64,000 nt of DNA from an uncultured Prevotellaceae bacterium (GCA_902792855.1 CADBBP010000001.1:24784-88783), one strand, 5' to 3'; shown: positions 26,382 through 35,791, counted from the first letter of the stretch. Notes: a model not told the origin generated them from the sequence alone. Numbers and translations are program-made.

Positions 26382-28073
26382 ATGAACATAACAATGAGAA
26401 AAAATGTGATTTTGGTCGCTCTCTTGGCGATGAGCGGGGGGGCGATGGCGCAAGGGTCGTGGGAAGATTTAATATCCGAGCCGGAAATGATTGACAACAT
26501 CAACAAACAGATTACAATCTCCAAAGAGGGAGAACTCGCCTGGATTGCCTATCAGGTAAACGAGGGGGAATCGGACTTCGATGGATACACAATCACCTTA
26601 AACAAAGACCTTGACTTCGTGGGTCACATCTGGAAACCAATAGGATATGGGGATGAACTCGACGACGGTAATAGCTTCAAGGGTACTTTCAACGGAAAAG
26701 ACGAAGAAGGGAACATCCATACCATCAAACACCTCGACGTCAAGAATGGTTGTGGCGTCGGCTTGTTTGGATATATATACAATGCCACCATCAAAAACCT
26801 CATTCTTGAGGATTGCCACTTCACCGGCGAATACAACGTGGGAGCCATCGTGGGCAACAATGGCGGCAGCACATACGGCAGCAACAATCCCAACGTGGGC
26901 ATCTACAACTGCCATGTGGGAAGCGGGGTCACTGTCACTGCCAAAGGTGAAAATGAGGATGACGGATTAAATGCCGGAGGAATTATCGGGTGCCTGTCTT
27001 CCATCACCGTCAGTAATTGCACGTCAGCCGCAACGGTGAAAGGTGTAACTTGCGTGGGGGGGATTGCAGGTCTTCTCCTTGGTGAAATCATTGATGGCAA
27101 ACAGTGTGGTGAAATAGATGACTGCTACTACCTCGGATATGATATCCAGGCATCTGATGAAGACTTGGGAGAATATGGTACTATCGTGGGGGCTCGGGGA
27201 TATCCCGACCCTGATACGGAAGGTGCTATCCAGAAGGGTACAGAAGGACGCATTCACATCACACTCTTCGACAATGATGTGAACAACAATGACATCATTA
27301 TCAATAACAACAGCCTCAATAACGAGCAACGCATCTTTTATTATTTGGACATGAAGGATATAAGTATTACCATACAGGGGCGCACCCTGTACAGGGACGG
27401 CTCATGGAATACGCTCTGCCTGCCTTTCTCACCTATTCCCGGAACCACGACTCCTCTTGAGGAAGGCAACCCCGTCGTACAGGAATTGGAAGAATCTACA
27501 TACGACGAAGAAACAAATACTTTGAATCTCGTTTTCAAGGAGTTGACGAATGGTATTCATGACATGTCGCCACGTTATCCATACATCGTGAAGTGGAATG
27601 CGGGGACTCCCCTCGAAAATCCTACTTTCAACCATGTGGTCATGGTGGGAAGCGACGTCTCCGAGCCTAATGATGTGGAGCAGGACAATGTCTCCTTCTG
27701 TGGCATATACACCACTATCGACATCTTCACCACCGAGAAGACCAACCTCTATCTTGGCTACGACAGCAATGAAAAAACGTCAAAACTCTACTATCCATGG
27801 GGAAATGAAATGGAGTACTTCTATATCAACTCCTTCCGTGCCTATTTCAAACTCATCGGCCTCACGGCTGACCAAACCAGTTCCTCCAATGGCATCAACA
27901 ATTTCGTGCTGAACTTCGGAGGCGAAAGCACTGGCATCAAGGAGATTTCAAATCCCATATCCCATGCCTCCAATTCCTCGGAATGGTTTTCTCTTGACGG
28001 AAGAAAATGGGACAGCAAGCCCAAGGCCAAGGGCATCTACGTCAACAATGGCCAAAAGGTGGTCATCAAATAA
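26382..28073 (+). CDS. GLUG-motif surface protein with a WNT-x-x-LPF domain and a T9SS C-terminal sorting domain
   Basis: It has a signal peptide and the GLUG-like repeats VGAIVGNNGG, AGGIIGCLSS and VGGIAGLLLG. It also has RTLYRDGSWNTLCLPF and NSFRAYFKL. The C-terminal tail is WFSLDGRKWDSKPKAKGIYVNNGQKVVIK. The start could instead be 26394. Confidence 0.75.
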   Translation: MNITMRKNVILVALLAMSGGAMAQGSWEDLISEPEMIDNINKQITISKEGELAWIAYQVNEGESDFDGYTITLNKDLDFVGHIWKPIGYGDELDDGNSFKGTFNGKDEEGNIHTIKHLDVKNGCGVGLFGYIYNATIKNLILEDCHFTGEYNVGAIVGNNGGSTYGSNNPNVGIYNCHVGSGVTVTAKGENEDDGLNAGGIIGCLSSITVSNCTSAATVKGVTCVGGIAGLLLGEIIDGKQCGEIDDCYYLGYDIQASDEDLGEYGTIVGARGYPDPDTEGAIQKGTEGRIHITLFDNDVNNNDIIINNNSLNNEQRIFYYLDMKDISITIQGRTLYRDGSWNTLCLPFSPIPGTTTPLEEGNPVVQELEESTYDEETNTLNLVFKELTNGIHDMSPRYPYIVKWNAGTPLENPTFNHVVMVGSDVSEPNDVEQDNVSFCGIYTTIDIFTTEKTNLYLGYDSNEKTSKLYYPWGNEMEYFYINSFRAYFKLIGLTADQTSSSNGINNFVLNFGGESTGIKEISNPISHASNSSEWFSLDGRKWDSKPKAKGIYVNNGQKVVIK

Positions 28074-28081
28074 CATGACAC

Positions 28082-28116
28082 ATTCAGCCTCCATGCACAC
28101 CGCATGGAGGCTGAAT
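28082..28116. terminator. perfect 15-bp-stem hairpin (no U-run)
   Basis: The hairpin attcagcctccatgc-acacc-gcatggaggctgaat lies directly after the stop of 26382..28073. Confidence 0.45.
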
Positions 28117-28306
28117 GTCAAGAGGCAGTCATTGCTTCTCCTACGACACAGAGGGCTACTATTGGACTAACGAACTGGAGCCTTTCATAACAGACTACGC
28201 ACTCATATTACGTTTCACTCCACGGGTAGTTCATCATAAAAACTTCTATAATGCACCACGCGACATGGGTATGCCCGTCCGTGCAGTATCTACAACCAGC
28301 CCCTGA
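28115..28306 (+). pseudogene. orphan C-terminal fragment resembling a Fibrobacter-succinogenes-major-paralogous (FISUMP)/DUF1566-type domain
   Basis: GYYWTNE...YALILRF...RDMGMPVRAV resembles the G.YWSS...A..L.F...G.SVRCV end of that domain family. It has no plausible N-terminus or promoter. Confidence 0.3.
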
Positions 28307-28426
28307 CATCACTATAACAAGAAATCGTCGGCTATGCTGCAACATTGTTGCAGCCTTATAGCAGGCAAAAAATGTAGAAAAGGCGAAAAAAACGACCTAA
28401 GAATGTGTGCTTTTCATTTTTTTTGT

Positions 28427-28434
28427 TATCTTTG
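28427..28434 (+). promoter_or_regulatory. Bacteroidota -7 promoter box (TATCTTTG)
   Basis: Exact TAnnTTTG match 22 nt upstream of the ATG at 28456. It lies inside the longer 28405 ORF, which argues for the shorter start. Confidence 0.45.
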
Positions 28435-28455
28435 CCGTGCCTAAACAATGAAGCT

Positions 28456-29277
28456 ATGCAGAAATACGCCGACTACATCGAACAGATAGAGATAGACTCC
28501 CTTTGGAGCGGTCGCCGCCACATCAAATGGGACTTGGACCAGCATGTGAACATCCTCAGCGGCACCAACGGCCAAGGCAAGAGCACCATCATCAACAAAG
28601 TGGTGAAAGGACTCGCCGCAGGAGGCGAATATCCCAGCCACCTGCTCAAGGGCGTTCACCTGAAGGTGTTCCCCTCGGAGGCGAGATGGATACGCTTCGA
28701 CGTCATCCGCTCCTTCGACCGCCCCTTGATGAACCTCGACACGTTGGCAAAAATGGACATGAGCCTTGCCACGGAACTCGACTGGCAACTCTTCCAGCTT
28801 CAGCGCAAATACTTGGACTACCAAGTGAACATCGGCAACCGCATCATTGAGGTGCTTCAGAGCGGCGACCCCGACGCGGCACAACGAGCACAGGCATTCT
28901 CCGCACCCAAGAAGCGTTTCCAAGACCTGATGGACGACCTCTTCTCCGACACGGGCAAGAAAATCGTCCGCACCGCCAACGAAATCTTCTTCTCACAGAT
29001 AGGAGAGACGCTCGTTCCCTACCAGTTGTCGAGCGGCGAGAAGCAGATGCTCGTCATCCTCCTCACCGTGCTCATACAGGACAACAAGCCGTCGGTGCTC
29101 TTCATGGACGAGCCGGAGGTGAGCCTCCACATCGAATGGCAGAAACGCCTCATCGACATGGTGTTGGAACTCAACCCCAACGTCCAAATCATCCTCACCA
29201 CACACTCCCCGGCCGTCATCATGAATGGTTGGATTGACCACGTGACCGAGGTGTCGGACATCACCGACAGCTTCTAA
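28456..29277 (+). CDS. compact ABC-type (AAA_21/23-like) ATPase, AriA/AbiLi-like
   Basis: Walker A is GTNGQGKST, the ABC signature is LSSGEKQ, Walker B is VLFMDEPEVSLH and the H-loop is TTHSP. A helical insert of about 60 aa sits between Walker A and the signature. The protein is 273 aa. Confidence 0.75.
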   Translation: MQKYADYIEQIEIDSLWSGRRHIKWDLDQHVNILSGTNGQGKSTIINKVVKGLAAGGEYPSHLLKGVHLKVFPSEARWIRFDVIRSFDRPLMNLDTLAKMDMSLATELDWQLFQLQRKYLDYQVNIGNRIIEVLQSGDPDAAQRAQAFSAPKKRFQDLMDDLFSDTGKKIVRTANEIFFSQIGETLVPYQLSSGEKQMLVILLTVLIQDNKPSVLFMDEPEVSLHIEWQKRLIDMVLELNPNVQIILTTHSPAVIMNGWIDHVTEVSDITDSF

Positions 29278-29295
29278 CCCACCCAAATTTCGCCC

Positions 29296-30423
29296 ATGGC
29301 CAAACGCCTCAGAGACAACCTCACCTCCGACTACTTCAGCGCAGCCAACAAACTGAAGCCCAAGACCGCCCGTCGCCGTATCGCCGCATACGTGGAAAGC
29401 TACGACGACATCTTCTTTTGGCGGTCCGTGCTGAGCGAGTTTGAAGACGACACCCGCTATTTCGAGGTGATGCTGCCCTCCAAGGTGAACCTGTCCAAAG
29501 GCAAGAAACAAGTGCTGATGAACCTCGTGGGCGACAACGTGGGCGAGGACTTGATAGCCTGCGTCGATGCCGACTACGACTTCCTGGTCCAAGGAGTGAC
29601 CAAGACTTCGGAGAAGGTGATACACAACCCATACGTCTTCCACACCTACGTCTATGCGATTGAAAACTACCAGTGCTACGCCCCCTCCCTGCACAACGTA
29701 TGCGTGATGGCCACCCTCAACGACCACCAAATCTTCAATTTCGAGGAATACCTGCGCCAATTCTCACAAGCCATCTTCCCACTCTTCGTGTGGAGCATCT
29801 GGTACTACCGCTCACCCAAATACACCGATTTCACCATCACCGACTTCAACAAGGTGATTGAGACAGGCCATTTCACCCTGGCCAATGCCGCCGACGGCCT
29901 CGCCAACGTGCGGCACAAGGTGGGCCGTAAAATCATCCAGTTGCAGAAAGAGAACCCCGAGGCGAAGGACTCCTACCTGGCACTGAAAGACGAGTTGAAA
30001 GCCCTCGGCGTCACGCCCGACACCACCTACCTCTACATCCAGGGACACCACCTCTACGACAATGTGGTGGCACCGATGCTCGGCAAGGTTTGCGACCGCC
30101 TGCGCCGGGAGCGGGAGATAGAGATTCACAACAAGGCCGTGCACCACACCCAGATGCGCAACGAACTGTCGTGCTACGAGCACAGCATAGAGAGCGTGTC
30201 GGCGATGCTGAAGAAAAACACCGGCTACACCCGCTCAAAGCCCTACAACCGTCTCCGTGCCGACCTCACCTACTTCCTTTCCCACCTGCCACCTCTCCGG
30301 AAAGCGGAAATCCACACCACCCCGCAAGCAACCCCTTCCCCCATCCCGCAAGCAACCCATCCCCTCACCCCGCATCCATCACAACAACCCCAACAGCCAT
30401 TCACGGCTTCCCAAGACCTATAA
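29296..30423 (+). CDS. DUF4435/Toprim-like protein (AriB/AbiLii/OLD-nuclease-like) with a Pro/Thr/Gln-rich tail
   Basis: It has AAYVESYDDIFFW (Toprim Glu), ACVDADYDF (DxD) and YAIENY, in the order expected for DUF4435. It starts 18 nt after the ATPase. The tail is TTPQATPSPIPQATHPLTPHPSQQPQQP. Confidence 0.65.
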   Translation: MAKRLRDNLTSDYFSAANKLKPKTARRRIAAYVESYDDIFFWRSVLSEFEDDTRYFEVMLPSKVNLSKGKKQVLMNLVGDNVGEDLIACVDADYDFLVQGVTKTSEKVIHNPYVFHTYVYAIENYQCYAPSLHNVCVMATLNDHQIFNFEEYLRQFSQAIFPLFVWSIWYYRSPKYTDFTITDFNKVIETGHFTLANAADGLANVRHKVGRKIIQLQKENPEAKDSYLALKDELKALGVTPDTTYLYIQGHHLYDNVVAPMLGKVCDRLRREREIEIHNKAVHHTQMRNELSCYEHSIESVSAMLKKNTGYTRSKPYNRLRADLTYFLSHLPPLRKAEIHTTPQATPSPIPQATHPLTPHPSQQPQQPFTASQDL

Positions 30424-30426
30424 CCC

Positions 30427-30813
30427 ATGGAACAAAAAACCGCCTCCATCGAGACCGCACGCCTTCTGCGGAAACACCGTTTCAACGAGCCCACCACGAG
30501 CTACTACGACGCCGACGGCACTTTTCACACCGTAAGCACCTCCGAAGCGTGCAACTGGAACAGCCCCACCTACGACAAGAGCCCCCGGAAGAAAGCCTAC
30601 TCCTCCCCCTCGCTCTCCCTCGCCCACCAGTGGCTACGCGAGAAAAAACGTTTCGACGTGCTGGTGGACCGTGACTACCTTTTCGGCAAGGTGGGCAAGT
30701 ATTACGCCAAAATCATCCGCCTGAAGGATGGAGCCATCGGCGAGACAGGCAAGTACCGCAGCTTCGAGAAAGCCTTGGAGCAAGGCATCGTGAAAGCCCT
30801 CCGCACGATGTAA
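30427..30813 (+). CDS. hypothetical 128-aa protein, third gene of the ATPase/DUF4435 operon
   Basis: The ATG is 3 nt after the preceding stop. Codon usage is genome-typical, and a terminator follows. I recognise no motif. Confidence 0.55.
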   Translation: MEQKTASIETARLLRKHRFNEPTTSYYDADGTFHTVSTSEACNWNSPTYDKSPRKKAYSSPSLSLAHQWLREKKRFDVLVDRDYLFGKVGKYYAKIIRLKDGAIGETGKYRSFEKALEQGIVKALRTM

Positions 30814-30846
30814 GACCCCTGCAATCGTTTTCGTGAAAAAGAAATC

Positions 30847-30872
30847 GCCAAGCCATCGGTTTGGCCTTTTTT
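30847..30872 (+). terminator. intrinsic terminator
   Basis: The hairpin gccaagcc-atc-ggtttggc is followed by cttttttg. Confidence 0.6.
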
Positions 30873-30877
30873 GTTCG

Positions 30878-30885
30878 TACCTTTG
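30878..30885 (+). promoter_or_regulatory. Bacteroidota -7 promoter box (TACCTTTG)
   Basis: Exact TAnnTTTG match 21 nt upstream of the ATG at 30906. Confidence 0.45.
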
Positions 30886-30905
30886 CAGCCCAAAACAAAC
30901 AAGCC

Positions 30906-32246
30906 ATGACGTCACTAACCATTGCAATTGTATTCGTATTTATCGTAGGCTATCTTTGCATCGCCTTTGAGAGTAGTCTGAAAATCAACAAGGCAGCCAT
31001 CGCCCTGCTCATGTGCGTGGGCACCTGGACCCTCTTCATGCTCGACCCAGGCAGTTACATCGCTGGCTTGTCGGTTTCCGAAATACCATTGCGAGTTAGC
31101 GAGATACTCAAGGAGCACCTTGGCGAGACGGGCGAGACGCTCTTCTTCCTGATGGGCGCCATGACCATCGTGGAGATTGTTGACAAGAACGGCGGTTTCA
31201 ACTTTGTGCGCGACATGATGGCCACCACGAACAAGCGCAAGCTCCTGTGGCGCATCGCCTTCATGACATTCATCCTCTCTGCCATCCTCGACAACCTCAC
31301 CACGAGCATCGTGATGGTCATGGTGCTCCGCAAGTTGGTGAACGACCGCAACGACCGGCTCATCTACGCTGCACTCATCGTCATCTCCGCCAACAGTGGC
31401 GGCGCCTTCTCACCCATCGGCGACGTCACCACCATCATGCTGTGGATCAAAGGAATGATCACCACCCAGGGGGTCATCAAGGAAATCTTCATCCCCTCCT
31501 TGGTGTCGATGATCATCCCCGCCCTCATCCTTCAAAACTATCTCAGCGGCGAGTTGCCCCAACCCCAAGGCATGAAGAAGCAGGAGACCTCAGACCTTTT
31601 CACCAAGCGCCAGCGCAACACCATCTTCGTACTCGGCGTGGGCGGCCTGATGTTCGTGCCTGTCTTCCGCTATCTCACCGACCTTCCCCCGTTCATGGGC
31701 ATCTTGCTCATCCTCGGCATCCTTTGGACGGCGACGGAAATATTCTACCGCAGCGTGAAAAACAAGAGCAAGGACAGTTTCTCACGTCGTGTGACCAATC
31801 TTTTGGGCAACATCGACATGGCCACCATCCTCTTCTTCCTCGGCATCCTCATGGCCGTTGCCTGCTTGGAAGAGGTGGGCGTGCTGACCGCCCTTGGCGA
31901 GAGTTTGGACAAGATGTCGGGCGGCAACCACTACTTGGTGACAGGTGTCATTGGTGTGCTGTCAAGCATCGTTGACAACGTGCCATTGGTGGCCGGCTGC
32001 ATGGGCATGTATCCCATCGCCGAGAGCGGTGCGATGGCCGTGGACGGCATCTTCTGGCAGTTGTTGGCCTATTGCGCCGGCGTGGGCGGTTCGATGCTCA
32101 TCATCGGCAGTGCCGCCGGCGTGGTGGTGATGGGTCTGGAAAAGATTACTTTCGGTTGGTACATGCGCAAGATAACATGGATTGTCTTCGTAGGCTACAT
32201 TTCAGGCATGGTGAGCTACTGGCTGTTGGACACCTTCGTGTTCTAA
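30906..32246 (+). CDS. nhaD: NhaD/ArsB-superfamily Na+/H+ antiporter
   Basis: A polytopic membrane protein of about 446 aa. AILDNLTTSIVMV and SANSGGAFSPIGDVTT are typical NhaD-family motifs. I chose the start at MTSLTIAIVF because a terminator and a promoter lie within the longer ORF. Confidence 0.7.
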   Translation: MTSLTIAIVFVFIVGYLCIAFESSLKINKAAIALLMCVGTWTLFMLDPGSYIAGLSVSEIPLRVSEILKEHLGETGETLFFLMGAMTIVEIVDKNGGFNFVRDMMATTNKRKLLWRIAFMTFILSAILDNLTTSIVMVMVLRKLVNDRNDRLIYAALIVISANSGGAFSPIGDVTTIMLWIKGMITTQGVIKEIFIPSLVSMIIPALILQNYLSGELPQPQGMKKQETSDLFTKRQRNTIFVLGVGGLMFVPVFRYLTDLPPFMGILLILGILWTATEIFYRSVKNKSKDSFSRRVTNLLGNIDMATILFFLGILMAVACLEEVGVLTALGESLDKMSGGNHYLVTGVIGVLSSIVDNVPLVAGCMGMYPIAESGAMAVDGIFWQLLAYCAGVGGSMLIIGSAAGVVVMGLEKITFGWYMRKITWIVFVGYISGMVSYWLLDTFVF

Positions 32247-32260
32247 GGCCCCCTCACCCC

Positions 32261-32294
32261 AAAGCGCCCCCCATAAGTCATGAGGGGCGCTTTT
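32261..32294. terminator. bidirectional terminator hairpin
   Basis: The arms aagcgcccc and ggggcgctt are flanked by A/T runs. The hairpin lies between convergent nhaD(+) and cysK(-). Confidence 0.55.
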
Positions 32295-32313
32295 GCATTC
32301 GTGGGTCATCGCA

Positions 32314-33261
32314 TCATAGCGGGTACTCGTCAAAGGCGTAGAGCACGGTGGAGAGATAGCGCTCGCCTGTGTCGGGCAGCAGCACGACGATGTTCTTCCC
32401 CTTGTTCTCCGGCCTGGCGGCGATTTGGGCAGCGGCGAAAGCAGCCGCTCCCGACGAGATGCCTACGAGCAACCCCTCCGTCCTGGCCAAGAGCCGGCCG
32501 GTGCGTATGGCGTCGTCGTTGTCCACGTCCACCACCTCGTCGATGATGCCGGCGTCATAGGTCGCGGGGACGAAGCCGGCCCCAATGCCCTGGATTTTGT
32601 GCGGTCCGCTCTTTCCGCCATTGAGCACGGGCGACGAAAGCGGTTCCACTGCCACCACCTTCACCTCGGGGTTGCGCTCCTTGAGCAGCCTTCCCACGCC
32701 GGAGACGGTGCCTCCAGTGCCCACGCCGGCCACGAAGATGTCCACCTTCCCGTCAGTGTCCTCCCACACCTCACGTCCGGTGGTGAGGTAGTGCCTTTCG
32801 GGGTTGGCTTGGTTTTCAAACTGCTGCAGGATGATGCTTCCCGGGATGGAGTCCCTCAGTTGCTCTGCTGCCTTGATGGCTCCCGGCATGCCGTCCTTCC
32901 CACTGGTGAGTTTCACCTCCGCACCGTATGCCTTGACGAGGTTTCTCCTCTCCACGCTCATGGTTTCCGGCATGGTGAGTATGAGTTTGTATCCCTTGAC
33001 AGCCGCCACGAGTGCGAGGCCCACTCCCGTGTTTCCACTGGTGGGTTCGATGATGGTTCCACCCGGTTTGAGAAGTCCCTTTTCCTCCGCATCCTCAATC
33101 ATGGCGAGGGCGATGCGGTCTTTTACACTGCCACCCGGGTTGAAATATTCCACTTTTGCCACGATGGGTTTTTCCAGACCCTTCTCAGCCGAAAACTTTC
33201 CTAATTCGAGCAACGGCGTATGCCCGATGAGCTCTGTGAGCACTTTTGCTACTTTTGCCAT
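32314..33261 (-). CDS. cysK: cysteine synthase A (O-acetylserine sulfhydrylase)
   Basis: It has [16 protein letters not shown] (the PLP lysine motif), EPTSGNTG and GVGTGGT, and is 315 aa long. Confidence 0.9.
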   Translation of the reverse strand: MAKVAKVLTELIGHTPLLELGKFSAEKGLEKPIVAKVEYFNPGGSVKDRIALAMIEDAEEKGLLKPGGTIIEPTSGNTGVGLALVAAVKGYKLILTMPETMSVERRNLVKAYGAEVKLTSGKDGMPGAIKAAEQLRDSIPGSIILQQFENQANPERHYLTTGREVWEDTDGKVDIFVAGVGTGGTVSGVGRLLKERNPEVKVVAVEPLSSPVLNGGKSGPHKIQGIGAGFVPATYDAGIIDEVVDVDNDDAIRTGRLLARTEGLLVGISSGAAAFAAAQIAARPENKGKNIVVLLPDTGERYLSTVLYAFDEYPL

Positions 33262-33310
33262 AGTTGTTTGTTTTTATTTGTTGATGTTGATATGTTTCTT
33301 TTCGACGGTG

Positions 33311-33318
33311 CAAAGGTA
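33311..33318 (-). promoter_or_regulatory. Bacteroidota -7 promoter box (TACCTTTG)
   Basis: Exact TAnnTTTG match on the minus strand, 50 nt upstream of the cysK ATG. Confidence 0.4.
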
Positions 33319-33470
33319 GTGACAAAAAATGGGGTGAGAAATAGCCCATGGGAGTGATTTTATCTACCACAAATGTGGTATTTCTTTGTTTTTATCCCAA
33401 AAAATGACTGAAAATAGGGTTTGTTAACATTAATTATATGCGCAAAGCCTGTTTTTCTTACATTTTGACG

Positions 33471-33478
33471 TAATTTTG
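33471..33478 (+). promoter_or_regulatory. Bacteroidota -7 promoter box (TAATTTTG)
   Basis: Exact TAnnTTTG match 41 nt upstream of the ATG at 33519. It ends 2 nt before the GTG at 33480, which makes that longer start unlikely. Confidence 0.45.
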
Positions 33479-33518
33479 CGTGGAAAATTTGACTATTCAT
33501 TTTTTATATAAAGTTAGT

Positions 33519-35720
33519 ATGATTATTCCTTCCGTCTTTTGGCTTGTTCCCATTGCCTCGGTGTGCGCATTGGGGATGGCTTGGTATTTCTTCAAGCAGA
33601 TGATGCAAGAAGAAGAGGGCACACCTCGAATGGCAGAGATTGCCGAGTATGTTCGCCGTGGTGCGATGGCCTATTTGAAACAGCAATACCGCGTGGTGCT
33701 GATTGTGTTCATCGTCCTGGCACTTATTTTCTCCTTCATGGCCTATGTGCTGGAGGTGCAGAACCCCTGGGTGCCCTTTGCCTTCCTCACGGGCGGTTTC
33801 TTCAGCGGCCTTGCCGGCTTCTTTGGAATGAAGACCGCCACCTACGCCTCCGCTCGCACGGCGAACGCCGCACGCCGGAGCATGGACCGCGGCCTCCGCG
33901 TGGCTTTCCGCAGCGGTGCCGTGATGGGGCTTGTGGTTGTAGGCCTCGGCCTTCTCGACATCGCCCTCTGGTTCATCATCCTCACCTATTTCTACCAGGA
34001 CAATCCAAAGATGCTTATCGTCATCACCACCACGATGCTTACCTTCGGCATGGGTGCCTCGACACAGGCTTTGTTCGCCCGTGTTGGTGGTGGCATCTAC
34101 ACGAAGGCTGCCGACGTTGGTGCCGACCTGGTGGGCAAGGTTGAGGCGAACATCCCGGAGGACGACCCGCGCAACCCCGCCACCATCGCCGACAACGTTG
34201 GCGACAACGTTGGTGACGTGGCCGGCATGGGTGCCGACTTGTACGAGAGTTACTGCGGAAGCATCCTTTCCACCGCTGCTCTTGGCGCCACCGCCTTTGC
34301 CATGGACCCATCGATGCAGTTGAAAGCCGTCATCGCCCCGATGATCATCGCCGCCGTGGGCATCTTCCTCTCCTTGATAGGCATCTTCCTGGTACGCACG
34401 AAGGAAGGCGCCACGATGAAGGATCTGCTCCACTCATTAGGTGTAGGCACCAACGTGTCGGCCATCCTCATCGCCGTGGCATCGTTCGTCATCCTCTACC
34501 TGCTTGGCATAGAGAACTGGATGGGCGTTTCCTTCTCCGTCATCACCGGCCTGGTTGCCGGCGTGATCATCGGACAAGGCACCGAATATTACACCTCTCA
34601 CAGCTACAAGCCCACACAGAAGATTGCCGAGGCCTCCCAGACTGGCTCCGCCACGGTGATCATCAAGGGCATCGGCACGGGCATGATCTCCACGATGATT
34701 CCCGTGGTGACCATCTCCATCGCCATCCTTCTGAGCTACCTGTGCGCCAATGGCTTCGACCTCTCCATGAATGCAGCCAGCATGTCGCACGGCCTCTACG
34801 GCATCGGCATCGCCGCCGTGGGCATGCTCTCCACATTGGGCATCACCCTTGCCACCGACGCCTACGGCCCCATTGCCGACAATGCTGGTGGCAATGCCGA
34901 GATGAGCGAACTGGAGCCGGAGGTACGCAAGCGCACCGACGCCCTCGACGCCCTTGGCAACACCACCGCCGCCACCGGCAAGGGGTTCGCCATCGGCTCT
35001 GCAGCCCTCACCGCCCTCGCACTGCTTGCCTCATACGTTGAGGAGGTGAAGATTGCCATGGAACGCACCGTTGACGCCGCCGGCAACTTCATCTCTTCCT
35101 ACGGCAGCATCAATCCTTCCACCGCCACCATGTCCGACTTCATGAGCTACTTCCAAGTGAACCTGATGAACCCGAAAGTTCTCGTTGGAGCCTTCATCGG
35201 CGGCATGGCTGCTTTCCTGTTCTGCGGCTTGACGATGGGTGCCGTGGGTCGCGCCGCCCAGTCGATGGTCGAGGAGGTTCGCCGCCAATTCCGTGAAATC
35301 AAGGGCATCCTTGACGGCAAGGCAACTCCCGACTACGGCCGTTGCGTGGAGATTTCCACACGCAGTGCTCAGCGTGAGATGATATTCCCCTCCCTTCTTG
35401 CCATCGCCATCCCCATCGTCGTGGGCATGCTGCTTGGTGTCGCCGGTGTGATGGGCTTGCTCGTTGGCGGCTTGACAGCCGGCTTCACGCTTGCCGTCTT
35501 CATGGCCAATGCCGGCGGTGCCTGGGACAACGCGAAGAAGATGGTTGAGGAAGGCAATTTCGGCGGCAAGGGCTCCGCTTGTCACAAGGCCACGATTGTG
35601 GGCGACACAGTGGGTGACCCGTTCAAGGACACCTCCGGCCCGAGCCTCAACATCCTCATCAAACTGATGTCAATGGTGAGCATCGTGATGGCAGGCCTGA
35701 CGATAGCCTGCGGAATGTAA
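33519..35720 (+). CDS. hppA: membrane-bound ion-translocating pyrophosphatase
   Basis: It has GGGIYTKAADVGADLVGKVE, DNVGDNVGDVAGMGADL and GDTVGDPFKDTSGPSLN, all hallmark M-PPase motifs. Confidence 0.92.
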   Translation: MIIPSVFWLVPIASVCALGMAWYFFKQMMQEEEGTPRMAEIAEYVRRGAMAYLKQQYRVVLIVFIVLALIFSFMAYVLEVQNPWVPFAFLTGGFFSGLAGFFGMKTATYASARTANAARRSMDRGLRVAFRSGAVMGLVVVGLGLLDIALWFIILTYFYQDNPKMLIVITTTMLTFGMGASTQALFARVGGGIYTKAADVGADLVGKVEANIPEDDPRNPATIADNVGDNVGDVAGMGADLYESYCGSILSTAALGATAFAMDPSMQLKAVIAPMIIAAVGIFLSLIGIFLVRTKEGATMKDLLHSLGVGTNVSAILIAVASFVILYLLGIENWMGVSFSVITGLVAGVIIGQGTEYYTSHSYKPTQKIAEASQTGSATVIIKGIGTGMISTMIPVVTISIAILLSYLCANGFDLSMNAASMSHGLYGIGIAAVGMLSTLGITLATDAYGPIADNAGGNAEMSELEPEVRKRTDALDALGNTTAATGKGFAIGSAALTALALLASYVEEVKIAMERTVDAAGNFISSYGSINPSTATMSDFMSYFQVNLMNPKVLVGAFIGGMAAFLFCGLTMGAVGRAAQSMVEEVRRQFREIKGILDGKATPDYGRCVEISTRSAQREMIFPSLLAIAIPIVVGMLLGVAGVMGLLVGGLTAGFTLAVFMANAGGAWDNAKKMVEEGNFGGKGSACHKATIVGDTVGDPFKDTSGPSLNILIKLMSMVSIVMAGLTIACGM

Positions 35721-35739
35721 ACCGCCTCGCTTCATAGTG

Positions 35740-35791
35740 GAATGCCAAAGGCCCCGACCTCTTCAGGTATGTGGCCTTTGGCATTCTTTTT
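35740..35791 (+). terminator. intrinsic terminator
   Basis: A 14-bp stem, gaatgccaaaggcc/ggcctttggcattc, is followed by ttttt. Confidence 0.65.

Noticed and set aside
28405-28455. Longer N-terminal extensions offered by the ORF track: 28405 for the ATPase, 30861 for nhaD, 33480 (GTG) for hppA, 8701 for pepC, 12107 for trkH, 2898/16461/45066 (GTG/TTG).
   Set aside because: In each case an exact -7 promoter box, a terminator or the upstream gene's coding region lies inside the extension. A downstream ATG also gives a canonical N-terminus (a signal peptide or a conserved start).
30090-30674. A 194-aa plus-strand ORF overlapping the 3' end of the DUF4435 gene and the small third gene.
   Set aside because: It is an out-of-frame reading with a Pro/Arg/His-rich composition. 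The two in-frame genes have normal codon bias and tight operon spacing.
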